DNA from: Tubiluchus corallicola
Taxonomy: Eukaryota > Animalia > Priapulida
DNA length: 64,000 nt
Assembly (NCBI GenBank): GCA_030141605.1
Contig: JAQGDQ010000001.1
Location: forward strand, 1,674,001-1,738,000
Direction of reading: 5' to 3'
This document shows positions 1 to 12,330 of the stretch, in pieces. Position 1 is the first letter of the stretch, and each line of letters opens with the position of its first letter. Made by a program: the position numbers and the translations under genes. Under the pieces are notes generated by a model, which saw only the letters and a list, made by a program, of their open reading frames with translations, had not been told where the DNA came from and searched no databases.

Positions 1-927
1 ATTCGTCTTGTGTAGGGCGTGAAGTAGTGCACTAGCCTATGTACTGCTGTTGCGCTAAAGCACTTAGGCAAAATTTGCGGAAAACCAGCGAGGTACATAG
101 GCTCTTGGGCAACCCAAGTACCGCATTGCTGATTTTACTCAGTGTATTAACTTTGCATGGGGAATTTTGACAAATTTTTAAAAATCCAATGAAAGTTAGT
201 TCATTTTACAAAAAAATATACTTTTTCACTGAGTTGCCATCAGCATAGCATTGTGAAAACTTGCTTGACCAGGTGTTTAACTCTTGCCAGCATGCAGTAG
301 GCTCTACGTTGGTATCGTTTTGCGGTGGCTTTTCTAACTCTTCACTAAACAAGAAGTTGTTTATTAACAAAGCAGCTGATTTAGTAGTTATAGCGCCGTT
401 CAAGAAAGAAGAGGACAAAAATGCCGTACCTTAATGAAATGTTGAAATTGCCTAAAAGTCAGCTTATTTCACCTCAAAAAATTTAATCTCAGAAATAAAT
501 TTAATATTGCTCCTCTGGCTTGCTCAGAAATAATGATTATTTTATTTTATCAAATGTATAATTTATATTAAATTGATTGTTCAAAGTATATTGGCATTTA
601 AATTATTATTATTAAATAAAAACAAGGACAATTAATAGATGCTCTCACTGGCACTAAAGTAAACTTGGCTCAATTCTTGATCAGTTTCAGGTGCGCTACC
701 TAGGCCAGCCCATGTAGAATGCAAGCCCATGTACTACACTCTGCTTCGCTCTGGACATCTTGGCTGTCAATTTGTACTTAAGGAGCCGTGTGTTAAAATA
801 TATTATTTTAGCCAATAGGTGACAGTAAACTCCTAAAAATGAACAGTGTAATATTTGACATTTTTATATTATCTTAAAGCTTCTTATTAGGTAGGACAAA
901 ATAGTTTTATTGTTTGTATAATTACAG

Positions 928-1102
928 AGAGGATCGAAGTGCACTGAGCAAGTTGGTAGAAGCTGTGAAGACGAACTATAATGAGCGTTACGACGAGATC
1001 CGAAGACATTGGGGAGGTGGACAACTTGGTACCAAATCTCTTGCTCGAATAGCCAAGCTTGAGAAAGCTAAAGCCAGAGAGCTTGCACAGAAAGTGGGCT
1101 AA
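928..1102 (+). CDS. RPL7A: 60S ribosomal protein L7a (eL8), last coding exon; the rest of the gene lies upstream of the window
   Basis: Acceptor ttacAG ends at 927. The frame reads [57 protein letters not shown], the conserved eL8 C-terminus ([14 protein letters not shown]...[11 protein letters not shown]). Confidence 0.95.
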
Positions 1103-1123
1103 TTTATGTATATATGGAAAATG

Positions 1124-1129
1124 AATAAA
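1124..1129 (+). terminator. Polyadenylation signal of RPL7A
   Basis: AATAAA 22 nt after the stop, followed by GT/T-rich sequence; a short 3' UTR is typical of ribosomal protein genes. Confidence 0.7.
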
Positions 1130-4100
1130 TGGATGTTAAAGATGGGATGTGTAATGGTACAGTGATGTTTTATTTTGATGTACATTGTTTGCTTGATTTT
1201 GAGCCTTTGGTTTATCCAGACTGTTCATTACATAACTTTTCGTAATTTATTTTGTATGCACACAACACAGAAAATAGTAAGTAAACTATGAAAATCATTC
1301 AATGAGTCTGGGGGACTGATTATTGAAATTTAACAAGAGTTTTGTGAAATTTGGCTTTTATGTATGGCATACAAACTAATTTTAAATAAGATGATCGTAA
1401 GAAAAGGTGTAACATACTTAGTGCTACTGTTTATACAATAATTACTGGAACACGGTAATTTGAGGCTTCATACCGTACAAAAAGAGACTATACGATAATG
1501 TAGTAACACGTAACAAAAAACAGAAAGTGAGTGAAAAATGTGCACTGAAAACATTTACAATGTTAATGCTAACCAGTCCCCAAGAGTAAATAAATTTTGG
1601 TTTCATTGTATACGAAGCATGCTGGTTGCAATTCTTTCCAAAGAAGCAGTACTTTCAAAAAAGGATGCCCATGTAATTTCAAAAAAGAATGCTCATGACA
1701 ACGATGATAAAGCTTGATTCTGCACATGCAGAATTTAATGATACTTCACTGTTTTATGGCAAATTTAATTTTACGCTTGTTGGTGCCACTTTTTGGTGTT
1801 ATAGTTACTTAAACTATAATTTGCTGCACTGAACAATAATTTTGGGTTTTGGGGGAAAATTTGCAAAAAATACAATAATTTGGCTTAAAATGTGATATTT
1901 TTATCCTCCAATATGATAATCAGCATCATACAAAATGGCAAATTGTACAACGATCCTACCTCAACTTTATGAACAATGTAATGATTAGTAAAATAAAAAT
2001 GGCATTACCCATAGTGAATACTTTCACGAGTAAAAAGTTTCGGTGGTTTTTTGCAAATATCTTTTATTTCATTGTTTTGTTAGCCACTCGCCAAGTTTTT
2101 TTAAACTTTCCTCTGTAAATTTCCAACCATTTTACTTTGGTTTTGCTTAAAAAACTTACTGCTTAACTACGCACTTTTCAAGATGTCATGCAAACTACTT
2201 AAAACTAACGATGAGCGTATTTATAGAAGAATTAAGAGTGATATGTTCGTCAAGAGAAATAGCGCTGTCAAGTCACTATAAAGTCAATAAATGTGTTTTT
2301 ATCCGAGGCTGGAACAACTATAACAAACAATCAGCAAATTCTATTAGACTGATACAAGGAAGACGCTGGCAACAGCCCTACATATTTTAAAGCAGCAGCG
2401 AGACAGCCCGTCACGTAATTTTCTTGGAACTCTGACATTTCATAGGTCGCGTTTTGTTTGATACGTTTTGCTATCTATAATTAAAGGTATCCGAGTATGT
2501 TCTGTGTGTTTATAGGCATTATAAACTAATCTAACTATAATGAAGTATGTTAAATGTGATCTTTGGAGAAAGTATTGAAAGTCAGTCGTAGTTTAGCTAA
2601 AAAACGTTTTGCTAAAGGTATGACTTATTTAGGGTTTTATTACCTTTTATGTAAGCATCTTTGACATTGATCAGCTAACTTTTAAAAAACAGGAAAAGTT
2701 AACATACCTCACTCTCACGGTGATAAAGATCAGTGTAATTTGCATTTGAACGACATGTTAGAATTAAAACTTCTTTCGGTCGATCAAAATTAGGTATTTG
2801 AGCTGTCACAGTACAGGTTCGATGTCTTCTAGTACACTTACGGAAGGTAAGATCACCCGCTGAAGCTTATTCTAGGATATTTAATTTTGGTGAATATTTC
2901 TGGGTTGAAGTTTTAACAGAAAGATACAGAAATAGATCATGATTCACGAAGCTTGAATGACTGCAAGTATTATTTAAAATGATATATAGAGTGCAATTAA
3001 AAATCTTCTTTACTATAATGACTGCAGATGACATGATTAGTAGTCATTGCTCAAGCAAGCTGGATTAGCAAGTTATCTGCAGTACAGCTGCAGGCTTTTT
3101 TGATAACAATAGTTCTGCCTATTGTGCTTTACCTCAGTAATGTTAGCTCCAGAATAACAGGAAGTATATGAAAATTAACAAACAAGTGTCAGATATAACC
3201 CACATAGATGCAACAGTACTTTACAGGCAACAAACAAGTCAAAGGTAGATGACATTACCTTAAAATCACTGTGAAACAAGTCCCGCTTTGTACTTGCATT
3301 AGTGAAGCAACAACGGTAATCTCTCTTTCAAACAACAATCAATTTCCTGTTGACCAGAAGGGCTTGGCGCATTCTAGGATAGTCTGTCAGCTAGCCAGCA
3401 TAGCTCATTAAATGTGCATGTACTAATCCTAAAGAAATGTCAACCAGATACGCAAGGCAGTCCAGCAATGCCAATCTTGTCACGAATACCTGACATTCAG
3501 TTCAGTCTACCACGCGTAGCATTATTAGTTTCAGACAATTGGTCTTAACTTAAATTTCGTCAGTTTTTGAAGCATAGTAGCATACAACATTAGGCAGTAA
3601 ATTTTAGCTGGCAAATTCTTCACAAGTGTTGCGATTATCCATCATTTTATTTTAAAAATTCGTTATGATTTGCTGCTCCATTGTTACCCTTGTTAAAAAT
3701 AGTGGCACAGACGCATGGGAATTTGAGAAACGTTGTAATCATAGTGTGGCTGAGACGAACAGTGTTGGTGAACAAACTTTTGTAAAAATTCCCACCATAT
3801 TTAAGTTTCTAAATGTTTGTTTACATAGCTGTCAGGTAAAGCAGTTGGAGAGTAATTACAAGCTGCAGTACATGAAAACTTAATTGTACAACAGGTGGAT
3901 TTTATTTCAAGTATGCACACGTACAGTTTTGGTTTACATTTTCTGAAGTATCATCTTCATTATACACTAACAGACCGTATTTCACAGGTACCATACTTGA
4001 ACAGCTGTCATTTGAAAAAGCTTTAGACACATTGTAAATACACTCTACTACTATTTACAAATTTTATAATACAGTATAGTTAATTAGCTATATATCTGAG

Positions 4101-6693
4101 CCATGCACATTTTATAAGTTAGAATTAAGTGTCATAAATGCTCTATAACAAACAGATACTATCTTAATTAGTAATCTCACGGATTGATCCATTAATTATC
4201 CTCACTATTAGTTACAAAAAAACTTAGACATAGAGCGCTTACTATGGCACTACAATTATTATCAAATAAGTGTGTACACAATTAAATACATGCTCAGTTT
4301 ACAATGTCACTGCTAGTTAGACACTAGTACATAGTATTTGCATCACTATAACATGTTTTTATTGATAAATTCGTTTGCGGTGCACTCGCTAGGTAGAATT
4401 CTCTTGAGCACGTGAAGCTTTGTCTGTTTAGGCGTATCATGTCTACTCAAACCTTAGTTAACCTTGCTGCAGATTTTAACTTATTTTACATCTCTGCTGC
4501 AGGTCTTTGGAATAAGCTACTGTAAGTTGGTATTACAACAAGGGTTTAACTGTGAACATTTCTATACATTTGCAGCAGGCATCCTGGAATTCAGGATTTT
4601 ATAATTAATTCTTGTAAAGTTCTATTACAAATCATTGTCAACAATCCAATATCGTCTAAGAAAAGAAAAACAATCGTTTATGCAAGCCTTTGTACACATG
4701 GTAAACAATGGCTTTTACTTAAATCACTGGCAAACGATGTACGCACTTGCATATGCTTAGTGTTTAAAGCTTGTATCAGCAAACAAGTTAATCCTAGAAA
4801 ATGTAACAAGTGAATTGTTTGGATTGAACGTTTGACCCGATATGCCGACCTTCTCAATAATGACAGGCAGCGACAAGACGGTGAACTAATATGTAATGAG
4901 CAATGGAAGTTTCTAAAATCTATTGAACACAAAAAGCCCACAGCTGCTAATTACAGAACCAAGACGTTCCAACTACAACATGACCCGGCTGAAATATTTT
5001 CACGTACCAAATGCATGTGCTAGGAATACACATAGTTCATAATAGCTTTACATAACACAATTAGGAAAAGTAAAATTTGCACACTAATTGCCAATTACTT
5101 TTTCAACCACAAATTGACCAGGTAAAAGTGCACTTGCAAAATAAAAGACTGGTTTATGTAATTCGCTAGTAGCAAAGGCCTTATTATGCAACCTAGTTAG
5201 AAGACGAGTCAAGTAAATATAAAACAAACACACCTAACATCTATTAATTATTTTATATTACGGCTTTATAACATTGATGGGCAAAAAATTACGATGATAT
5301 ATTTTCTTGATGGACTGCACATCAAACACAAAGACTTGATCATCTCATTAACTTAGGGCTATTTATCAAATCAGGCCCACCGGGAAATCCAAAGTAATAA
5401 TAAAACACTCACTGTGGGGCATTTTAGCCTGGTTGCTTTTAAAAACATTTGCATCATGGTGAATAAGAAACGTTCGATTCCATTTTGGGCCATTTTTGCT
5501 GGAGAACTATAAAACAGGTTAGCATTTTTTGTCGTCTGTTATTCTCTGCCACAAAACTACTAGTTAGCTAGCTTTTATATTATGCAAAGAATATTAACTA
5601 GTTTATTGACACCCTCAAAAAATAAAGCCAAGTAGACAAGAAACTGTGTGGAATGTTTATGTGTTATTGATTCAATGATGTACAAAATGTTTTTGCAGGC
5701 TTATACACTAAAGTGTATAATTTCATTGTCTCACTGAATTATGCTATTTTTCTTACCTTTTCACCCACATCATACATAAAGTTCTACAAACTAAGAACTA
5801 GTTACAGTATTAGCACAGCTTTTAAGAAAGGAACAACACTTGGCGATATGTTTAAGCAGACAACCAGTTAAAAGGATTAAAAAGCTAAGACACCGACAAG
5901 CGAGAATGACTGCAGCTTGCTTTCAAGGACAGTTGCTGTGTGTGATCACAAGACAACTTGTTTTTTTAAATGAAACATTGAAAGATCCATGCCTTCGGGT
6001 GATCAGCTGCTTAAAATACTGACTAAAAGGAAATATTAACTTACAGGTGCATTTACACCTGGACTAGCTGGGCATTAATAATGACACAAAAACTATTACG
6101 TGAAACATTTTCCACTATGTTCAGCAATAAATGTATTGAAAAACTTTTACTCATTGAACTACTGTAGTTCTTTGTACATGCTTGACAAAGCATTTTAGTT
6201 AACTTTTTACGTACATTGTATACTTTTTTCAGTAATCCAAATGCCACTTATGTACTGAGCATCTCAAACTAATTAGATAATAATAATAATGTGGCCCAAC
6301 AAGAATAAAATGACTTCTTTAAAGGTTTTCTTATGTTAGAGTTTTAAGCTTGTTACAGAAACAAAAGTGCTTTTCCAAAAAATGCTAGAACTGCAACTGA
6401 AGAATGTTCAATTCCTCAAATTCAAGCCAAGACAAAAACAAGTGAATCCGCCACGGTGACCACAATCATTTTTATGGCAAAAATGCTGACTAATAACAAA
6501 CCCGTAGCTCTCCTATACTGTTACTATTGTATTACATAGTATTCAATTAATGTAGTGTCAACTAGTTTTTGTAAGGCTGAATTGTTCAGCAAAATGTAAA
6601 AGTCAAAATAAATATAAGAATCATATAATAATAATAATATTCTAGTAGTATAACACAGGAATATTTACATGTGTTTGAAATCATTTGCATTAG

Positions 6694-8886
6694 TTAAAGT
6701 GGTTTAATATTAAACATAGACTCGGGTGATAGCTGGTCACTGACTGGACTGTACTTCTTTGTCACAGTGACATTCGAACGAAGATGTTCAATAGCTGCAT
6801 TTTTGTTCAGAGAAATAAAATGGCTTGTTGGACTTCGTCGATTGACGGCAAAAGCCACATTACTGGCTTTAATAACATGCACTATTATTCCTTTACAGTC
6901 CCTGCACACAGTCAACAATGGACCATCAAACAGGTTACGTCGTACAGCTTTTGTTACAGTTTTTGATCTTTTCATCATCATTTGTGACTTTTCGGCTTGA
7001 GTCAGTGCTGGGGAGTTATGATTTTGGTCTCGCTCTAGTTTTTTACCAACACGAGAGCGAGCCCGACGACTACTTGTAGGGCTGTTTGGTGCTGACCAGG
7101 CATTGTTTTGGTTGATAGTGTAGCGTGTTGCACTTTTAGTGTTTTTGACCGGAGAGTCATCACCTGATGATCCAGATGAGCTACTGCTCATTTCAGGTCC
7201 TAAAGCAAACACCGGAATGTTCTCAAAGTGCTCTGTGGGGACGCGCATCTTTTTGGAACACTTCTTACAAATGTTTCGTTTGCACAATTTACATTCATTT
7301 TTCCACTCACCAAGCAAACTGAATTTGACCTTTCTGCATATAAAACAAATTTTTCCTTTAGAAACTTCCTCATAAAGTTTTCTATCATTAACAATGTTCT
7401 CCAGTTGAGCTTTAGTTAAGACTGTCCTTATGTGTGAAATTTCATCCATTGTTAAGGAAAGGCTGTCTAAGTTTGGTTTCATGTCGGGTGGCAAAGGTCG
7501 AAGGTTATCTTCCTCTGAGGAAATAGACAAAGAACTAATGCTGCTTCTTGGAGAACTACTTGGTGATTCACACACAGTTATACTATGGCGTCGTTCCGGT
7601 GTTCTTGCTGGAGGGCATGTAGCCAAATCATGAGCTACTGTTACATGCCAACCAGGCCCTACAGGAGATTTATCATCTGTCAGTAGAGGAACACTGTCTT
7701 CATCATCCGAATCATCGTGTACCAAAGCCGATATATCTGCTTTAATCAACCGCCGACGCGTAAGTGGAGTATTGTCACCTTCTTCCAATTTTGTCCTGGA
7801 AGTTTCAACTGTTAGTGTGGTCGATGGTGACACAGGCCTCAGGTGATGGTCATGCTGGCGAATTGATCTCATCAATGAATCGTACGGTGATGAAGGTTCT
7901 GATGGGGGAGGAGGTAAGCTTCTTCGAGCAGCTGGTACTAAAGGTGGCCGAGATCTGATAAACTCCAAAATAAGTGAATGTGCATCTTTAGTGACATTAG
8001 CAGGGAGGACAGTATTTGCCTGCACCTGCTTGAGTTTATATCTTCGAGAGCGAATATCATCCATCAACATTTCATACGGAGTTAGTGAGTACTCTATCGG
8101 ATTATGATCCGTGGTAACTTTCTTTAATTTCACTCCCTCTCGGAGTTGTCGCATTACTTGGCACCATAAGCGTGCCCAGTCTGTAAATGATATTTCTTCC
8201 AGTGTAGAGTCTTCTAAATTCGAATCTGTACTCAACTGTCTTAAAGCTTGTTTGCCGCTCGATATTTTATTAAGAAAGGTAGAAAGCTCTAGACTTTCAG
8301 CAACTAATGCCCGGCACACGGCTTTGTAATGCGTACCAGCTTCCTCTTTTGTCGGACTTGCAATATGAGTTGCGCAGGACCTAACCACATCATCAAGAGT
8401 AAATGTAGGATGGTCACTATCACTGTCAGAAGCGTCATGTCCAATGCCTTCGTCATCCTGCCAGCTTTTCTCTCCAAGTGTTTCTTCACTGGCTGTCATA
8501 CATGTTATTAGCTCCTCCAATGGTTGACTTAACGTCCTCTCTTCATTGCCATCTAGCCCGTAATCTAGTGCATTATATATTATAGCACCAAGTGAATTCA
8601 CTATCGCGTGCTGTGTGCAAATAGCAGCCAATGAGTCCCCATGAACAGTTTCTACACAACCATCTTGCGAAATCTTTACACTTGAAAGTCCACTTAGGCT
8701 GCAGCATTTCTCAGGATCTTGGTTCCATGAATTCTTCAGGTACTGTGCCACTTGGTAACATACAGCCCAGGCTTGTTCTTCATTTATAGGTGAGGTAAAA
8801 GCATCCAGTATCTTATCCAAACTAACATAGCCCATGGAGTCCAACTGACAACGCTTTTGCTCCTGAACTGATGGCTCCCCAGCCAT
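6694..8886 (-). CDS. SPIRE: Protein spire homolog (actin nucleator), single coding exon, about 730 aa from the first in-frame ATG
   Basis: Uninterrupted ORF. It contains a KIND domain (VSLDKILDAFTSPINEEQAWAVCYQ...HYKAVCRALVAE) and four WH2 repeats (WARLWCQVMRQLREGVKLKKV; PYEMLMDDIRSRRYKLKQV; DAHSLILEFIRSRPPL; SPYDSLMRSIRQHDHHLRPV). A Spir-box (LSLTMDEISHIRTVLTKAQLE) and modified FYVE finger (CFIC...CKLCKRNICKKC...VCRDC) follow. The ATG at 8886 has good context (actATGg), and a likely 5' UTR acceptor (cctacctctgtAG) puts the exon start at 9020. Confidence 0.93.
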   Translation of the reverse strand: MAGEPSVQEQKRCQLDSMGYVSLDKILDAFTSPINEEQAWAVCYQVAQYLKNSWNQDPEKCCSLSGLSSVKISQDGCVETVHGDSLAAICTQHAIVNSLGAIIYNALDYGLDGNEERTLSQPLEELITCMTASEETLGEKSWQDDEGIGHDASDSDSDHPTFTLDDVVRSCATHIASPTKEEAGTHYKAVCRALVAESLELSTFLNKISSGKQALRQLSTDSNLEDSTLEEISFTDWARLWCQVMRQLREGVKLKKVTTDHNPIEYSLTPYEMLMDDIRSRRYKLKQVQANTVLPANVTKDAHSLILEFIRSRPPLVPAARRSLPPPPSEPSSPYDSLMRSIRQHDHHLRPVSPSTTLTVETSRTKLEEGDNTPLTRRRLIKADISALVHDDSDDEDSVPLLTDDKSPVGPGWHVTVAHDLATCPPARTPERRHSITVCESPSSSPRSSISSLSISSEEDNLRPLPPDMKPNLDSLSLTMDEISHIRTVLTKAQLENIVNDRKLYEEVSKGKICFICRKVKFSLLGEWKNECKLCKRNICKKCSKKMRVPTEHFENIPVFALGPEMSSSSSGSSGDDSPVKNTKSATRYTINQNNAWSAPNSPTSSRRARSRVGKKLERDQNHNSPALTQAEKSQMMMKRSKTVTKAVRRNLFDGPLLTVCRDCKGIIVHVIKASNVAFAVNRRSPTSHFISLNKNAAIEHLRSNVTVTKKYSPVSDQLSPESMFNIKPL

Positions 8887-11309
8887 AGTGGACCTATGGA
8901 CATTAAACAAATCAGCATCAGTTACATTTGACACTTGTGCATATGAAAAAGTTACAATTCAACTTAGCAAAAAACATTTTACAAACAAGTTTTAGTAAAC
9001 GGAAGTTATGAAATTTAATGCTACAGAGGTAGGTTGACATGGCATGCCAGTGAAAGCAACAGGTGGTCCTTTAAGTATACACATGTATCAAAACATTATG
9101 CCAAATGTCACATTAAACTTTTTTCAAGTAATTAACATCAGACAATTCTGACAAATTAGCAGGCTGCATACCAATTTACTGACACACAATTATTCTTAGA
9201 CAAGTGCTATTGCACTTTAATTAAACTTTGGCAGTAAGGCAGAGTTTTCCTTTTTAACATAGCTCACTCAAATGCCTCATACAGTGTGACGTTTTCGATA
9301 TAAAACTTGTTTTTTTAATGCAATATGAAGCAGGTAGACCAAAGTCTATTACGGATGTATAAATACTTCAATACTACTGTCACCATCATCTAAATTTACA
9401 TAATAAGAGAGTAATAAATCACTATAATTCACCAAATTTAACAATAAAATACATGTAATACTGGAAAAGCAATGCATATAAGAAACACAATTGTAGCCTC
9501 AGAGATCTTGGTGTATGAATCATTTACCTCCATAAGGAATCAACAAAATTTGATTCATCACAGGCTTGGGTCAAATTTCATTTAAAAAAATGAAAAGAAG
9601 GCGGTCACGTTGCAATGAACAAAAATGAAATGATTAAAAAAGCAGCACCAATGACCAATTATAGCAATTTTATTTTTAGTAATAATTCAAGATCTTAGCA
9701 AATTAATTTTAAGGTTCTCTTTCTTGAATTTCAGTATGGGTGGGTCACAAAAATAAATAAGTTTTCTTGGCAGCAGGCAAGATCTGGCACACACTACACA
9801 AAGTTTCAAGACAAGCAATATTTTCGGACTGGCTAGGAATTTTTAGACACAAAAGAAAGAAAAATGCCATATATAATGGAAATGGACAGCTTAGGCTTAA
9901 TGACCACAGAAAAAATTCTGTGACTGATTGCCAGTGGTAAATTAATTCAAGTTGTTAAATGCGGCACAAATGCATTTAACTTAAGTTAAATCCTGATCCT
10001 GGTCAACATATAGATCCGTTTACAGGAAAATTCTGTTAAATAGCACTACTTTAAAATGATATGATGAAAAAAGGAAAATAAATGTAATGTAGCATCATAT
10101 TAATTTTAACACAGAGTCAAGGGGGTGGTTTGCCTTTTTGATAACTTTCCACATGACAAAGTCTTTTTTACACATTTCAATCTTCTGTGAAGTATGAACA
10201 ACTGCTGAAATTAGGTCTGTCATGTCACGTAGCTATTACCGTAATCACTCCATTGCCAGTATACAGCCATACTATAATATTCAACCGTTCATCCTGTTAT
10301 TATATTTACACTGATAACGCAACAGTATTATGAAAGCTTAAAAATGCAGTAGGTGGAAAACTTGGCATTATAAAATTAAAGTATGTTTCCCAAATCTCAA
10401 CAATACGTTGGAATTATAGTGGAAAAGAAATTTTCTGAGTCACCATATATATATTATATATGCTAGTAAAGTGATATTTTATTTTGGTCGTGTATGAAAT
10501 TTCATGGAAAAAACTTTTACTATACTCAGGTGTAATAGATAAAATACAATCCATGGGAATAATAATTCTGTAATCTCTAATTATCCAACCTTAGACATGA
10601 GGTTAGTTCGTTTATAAATCAAAACGGCTCATCATTTAGAATTCCTGTCACACATTTCCAATCTTTATAAATGGTACTTTGCGTCAGATTACTCTTAAAT
10701 AGACATTTTGACCTACTTTAAAAAGTAAATCAGCACGGAACTTCACAGCTATCATTTCTACCACATTTGAAACAATTTCAATTTCATGCAGAATTGCTAC
10801 ACTAGACACAAATTAATCCAAGTATAAGAATCAAAATAATAATAAATTGTTAATAAACAATTAATTGGGTCAACTCGAAATATCTAAGAATATACACTTT
10901 TTGTCTTAAGCGGGCCAAAATTGCTTATAAGGGTTGTACATTATTATATGATTAGAACTTATTACAACATTAATTAAATTCAAAAGGCGCTGCCAAATTA
11001 ATAAAATTTCAGTTACATGAAAGACAAAATGTGATTTTAACTCACTTGAATTCAGTTTTCAAGAGCTTCTCCTACATTAATAAAAATTATAGAGAAAAAT
11101 ATTATTTAGTTTAGAAATAGTTAGCAGTAGCTGAATTGCAACAGTGCTAAATTTGAACTGCAAAGTGTCACTAACATGAACTGTTAAAAACAGTTATCAT
11201 TTTCTGCTCATTTTGTTAGAAAATCTTGAAAAAATTCATTGACATCTTTACAAGTTTAAGAAAAGTCATGTAGATAAGAATTAGTCGCTATGAACGTTTT
11301 AAAAATGTG

Positions 11310-12330
11310 TCAAGGCTCAGAAAGGATAAGCCCCACTTGAGACATTGCTTCACATACCATTCCGACTGGTTCAACAGGCCAGAAGTTCACCTTGATGTTT
11401 GAACATGTTACTTGGGAGAGCTTAGCAAAATCTAATGAACAAGATTCAAAAGAATTTGGAAGTTTGCTTGATATTCTGACCTTGAGCTCTAATAATTTTC
11501 TGTAACTTACAAAAGTACTGGTGTATTTCCTGTAGTACATAAAAGTATTGTAAAAATACAGTTATGTTCAGCAAAATGTCATATTATACTTTTAAAATGT
11601 AAGCCCAATTAAATTTATTTTGCAATTTTATGTCATGTCTAATCTCAAACCAAGTATATAAATCTAACTATCTTGTAAGTCAAAAATGGAAAATCTAACA
11701 AAGATAAAATCAGCCTGGTTTTTTTCAGAACTGTCATTAGCCAGGATTTCTTGTACCTACCCTTTGTTATCCTGTGAATGATCTGCAGAACTAGGTCCAA
11801 TCTGAAACATAAATGAAACTAGTTTAATTACTCTGACCAAACCACAGTTAAACGAAAAAGACCTTGAGTTTTTTTACAACAGCACGTCAGAATTAATGAA
11901 CTGTCTTCAAGTGAGTTCTCAGTAAGAGAGAGTTCCATATTTCATCATTAGGTTGTTGTCAAAAATTACCTACCCAGATGATAAAGACTTGCCAGTTCCT
12001 GATCAGAATGGTTATGCTGGACTGGTAATCATTGCAGATGATTTTAAACTATCAATAAGCCGATTTAATTGCACTAGTAATTCAGATTCAGAAGATTTTA
12101 TGGATTCAACAAAGGGATAATTTGGACCTACTAACAATCAGGATGAAGTAGTATCTGGCGTCACATTTACAAATTATGTGAAAAAAAATATTTGGCCCCA
12201 ACGTAAAAATCAAGTAAAGAAAATTAAAAAGAAACTGGATGCATGGGCATGGCTTTGTTTGCTCTTCCTAATCTGGATTCTGTTTGGTAGTGGATTCCTA
12301 TGAGAAGGCTTACGAAGCGTCCATTCTTTA
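11310..12330. mobile_element. Possible highly degraded DNA transposon (hAT-like) fragments
   Basis: Patchy coding-like sequence with frameshifts. The minus-strand piece FAKLSQVTCS... loosely resembles the hAT C-terminal dimerization region; the resemblance is weak. Confidence 0.25.

Noticed and set aside
1-927. Intronic C/D snoRNA in the last RPL7A intron (vertebrate RPL7A hosts U24/U36)
   Set aside because: No convincing RTGATGA...CTGA pair with a terminal stem; the segment looks more like a decayed repeat.
6767-8511. Several plus-strand and alternate-frame ORFs over Spire
   Set aside because: Shadow ORFs of a real coding sequence with no recognisable motifs.
8887-8934. ORF-track N-terminal extension of Spire starting at GTG
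   Set aside because: Non-ATG start in a eukaryotic gene; the ATG at 8886 has strong context and precedes the KIND domain.
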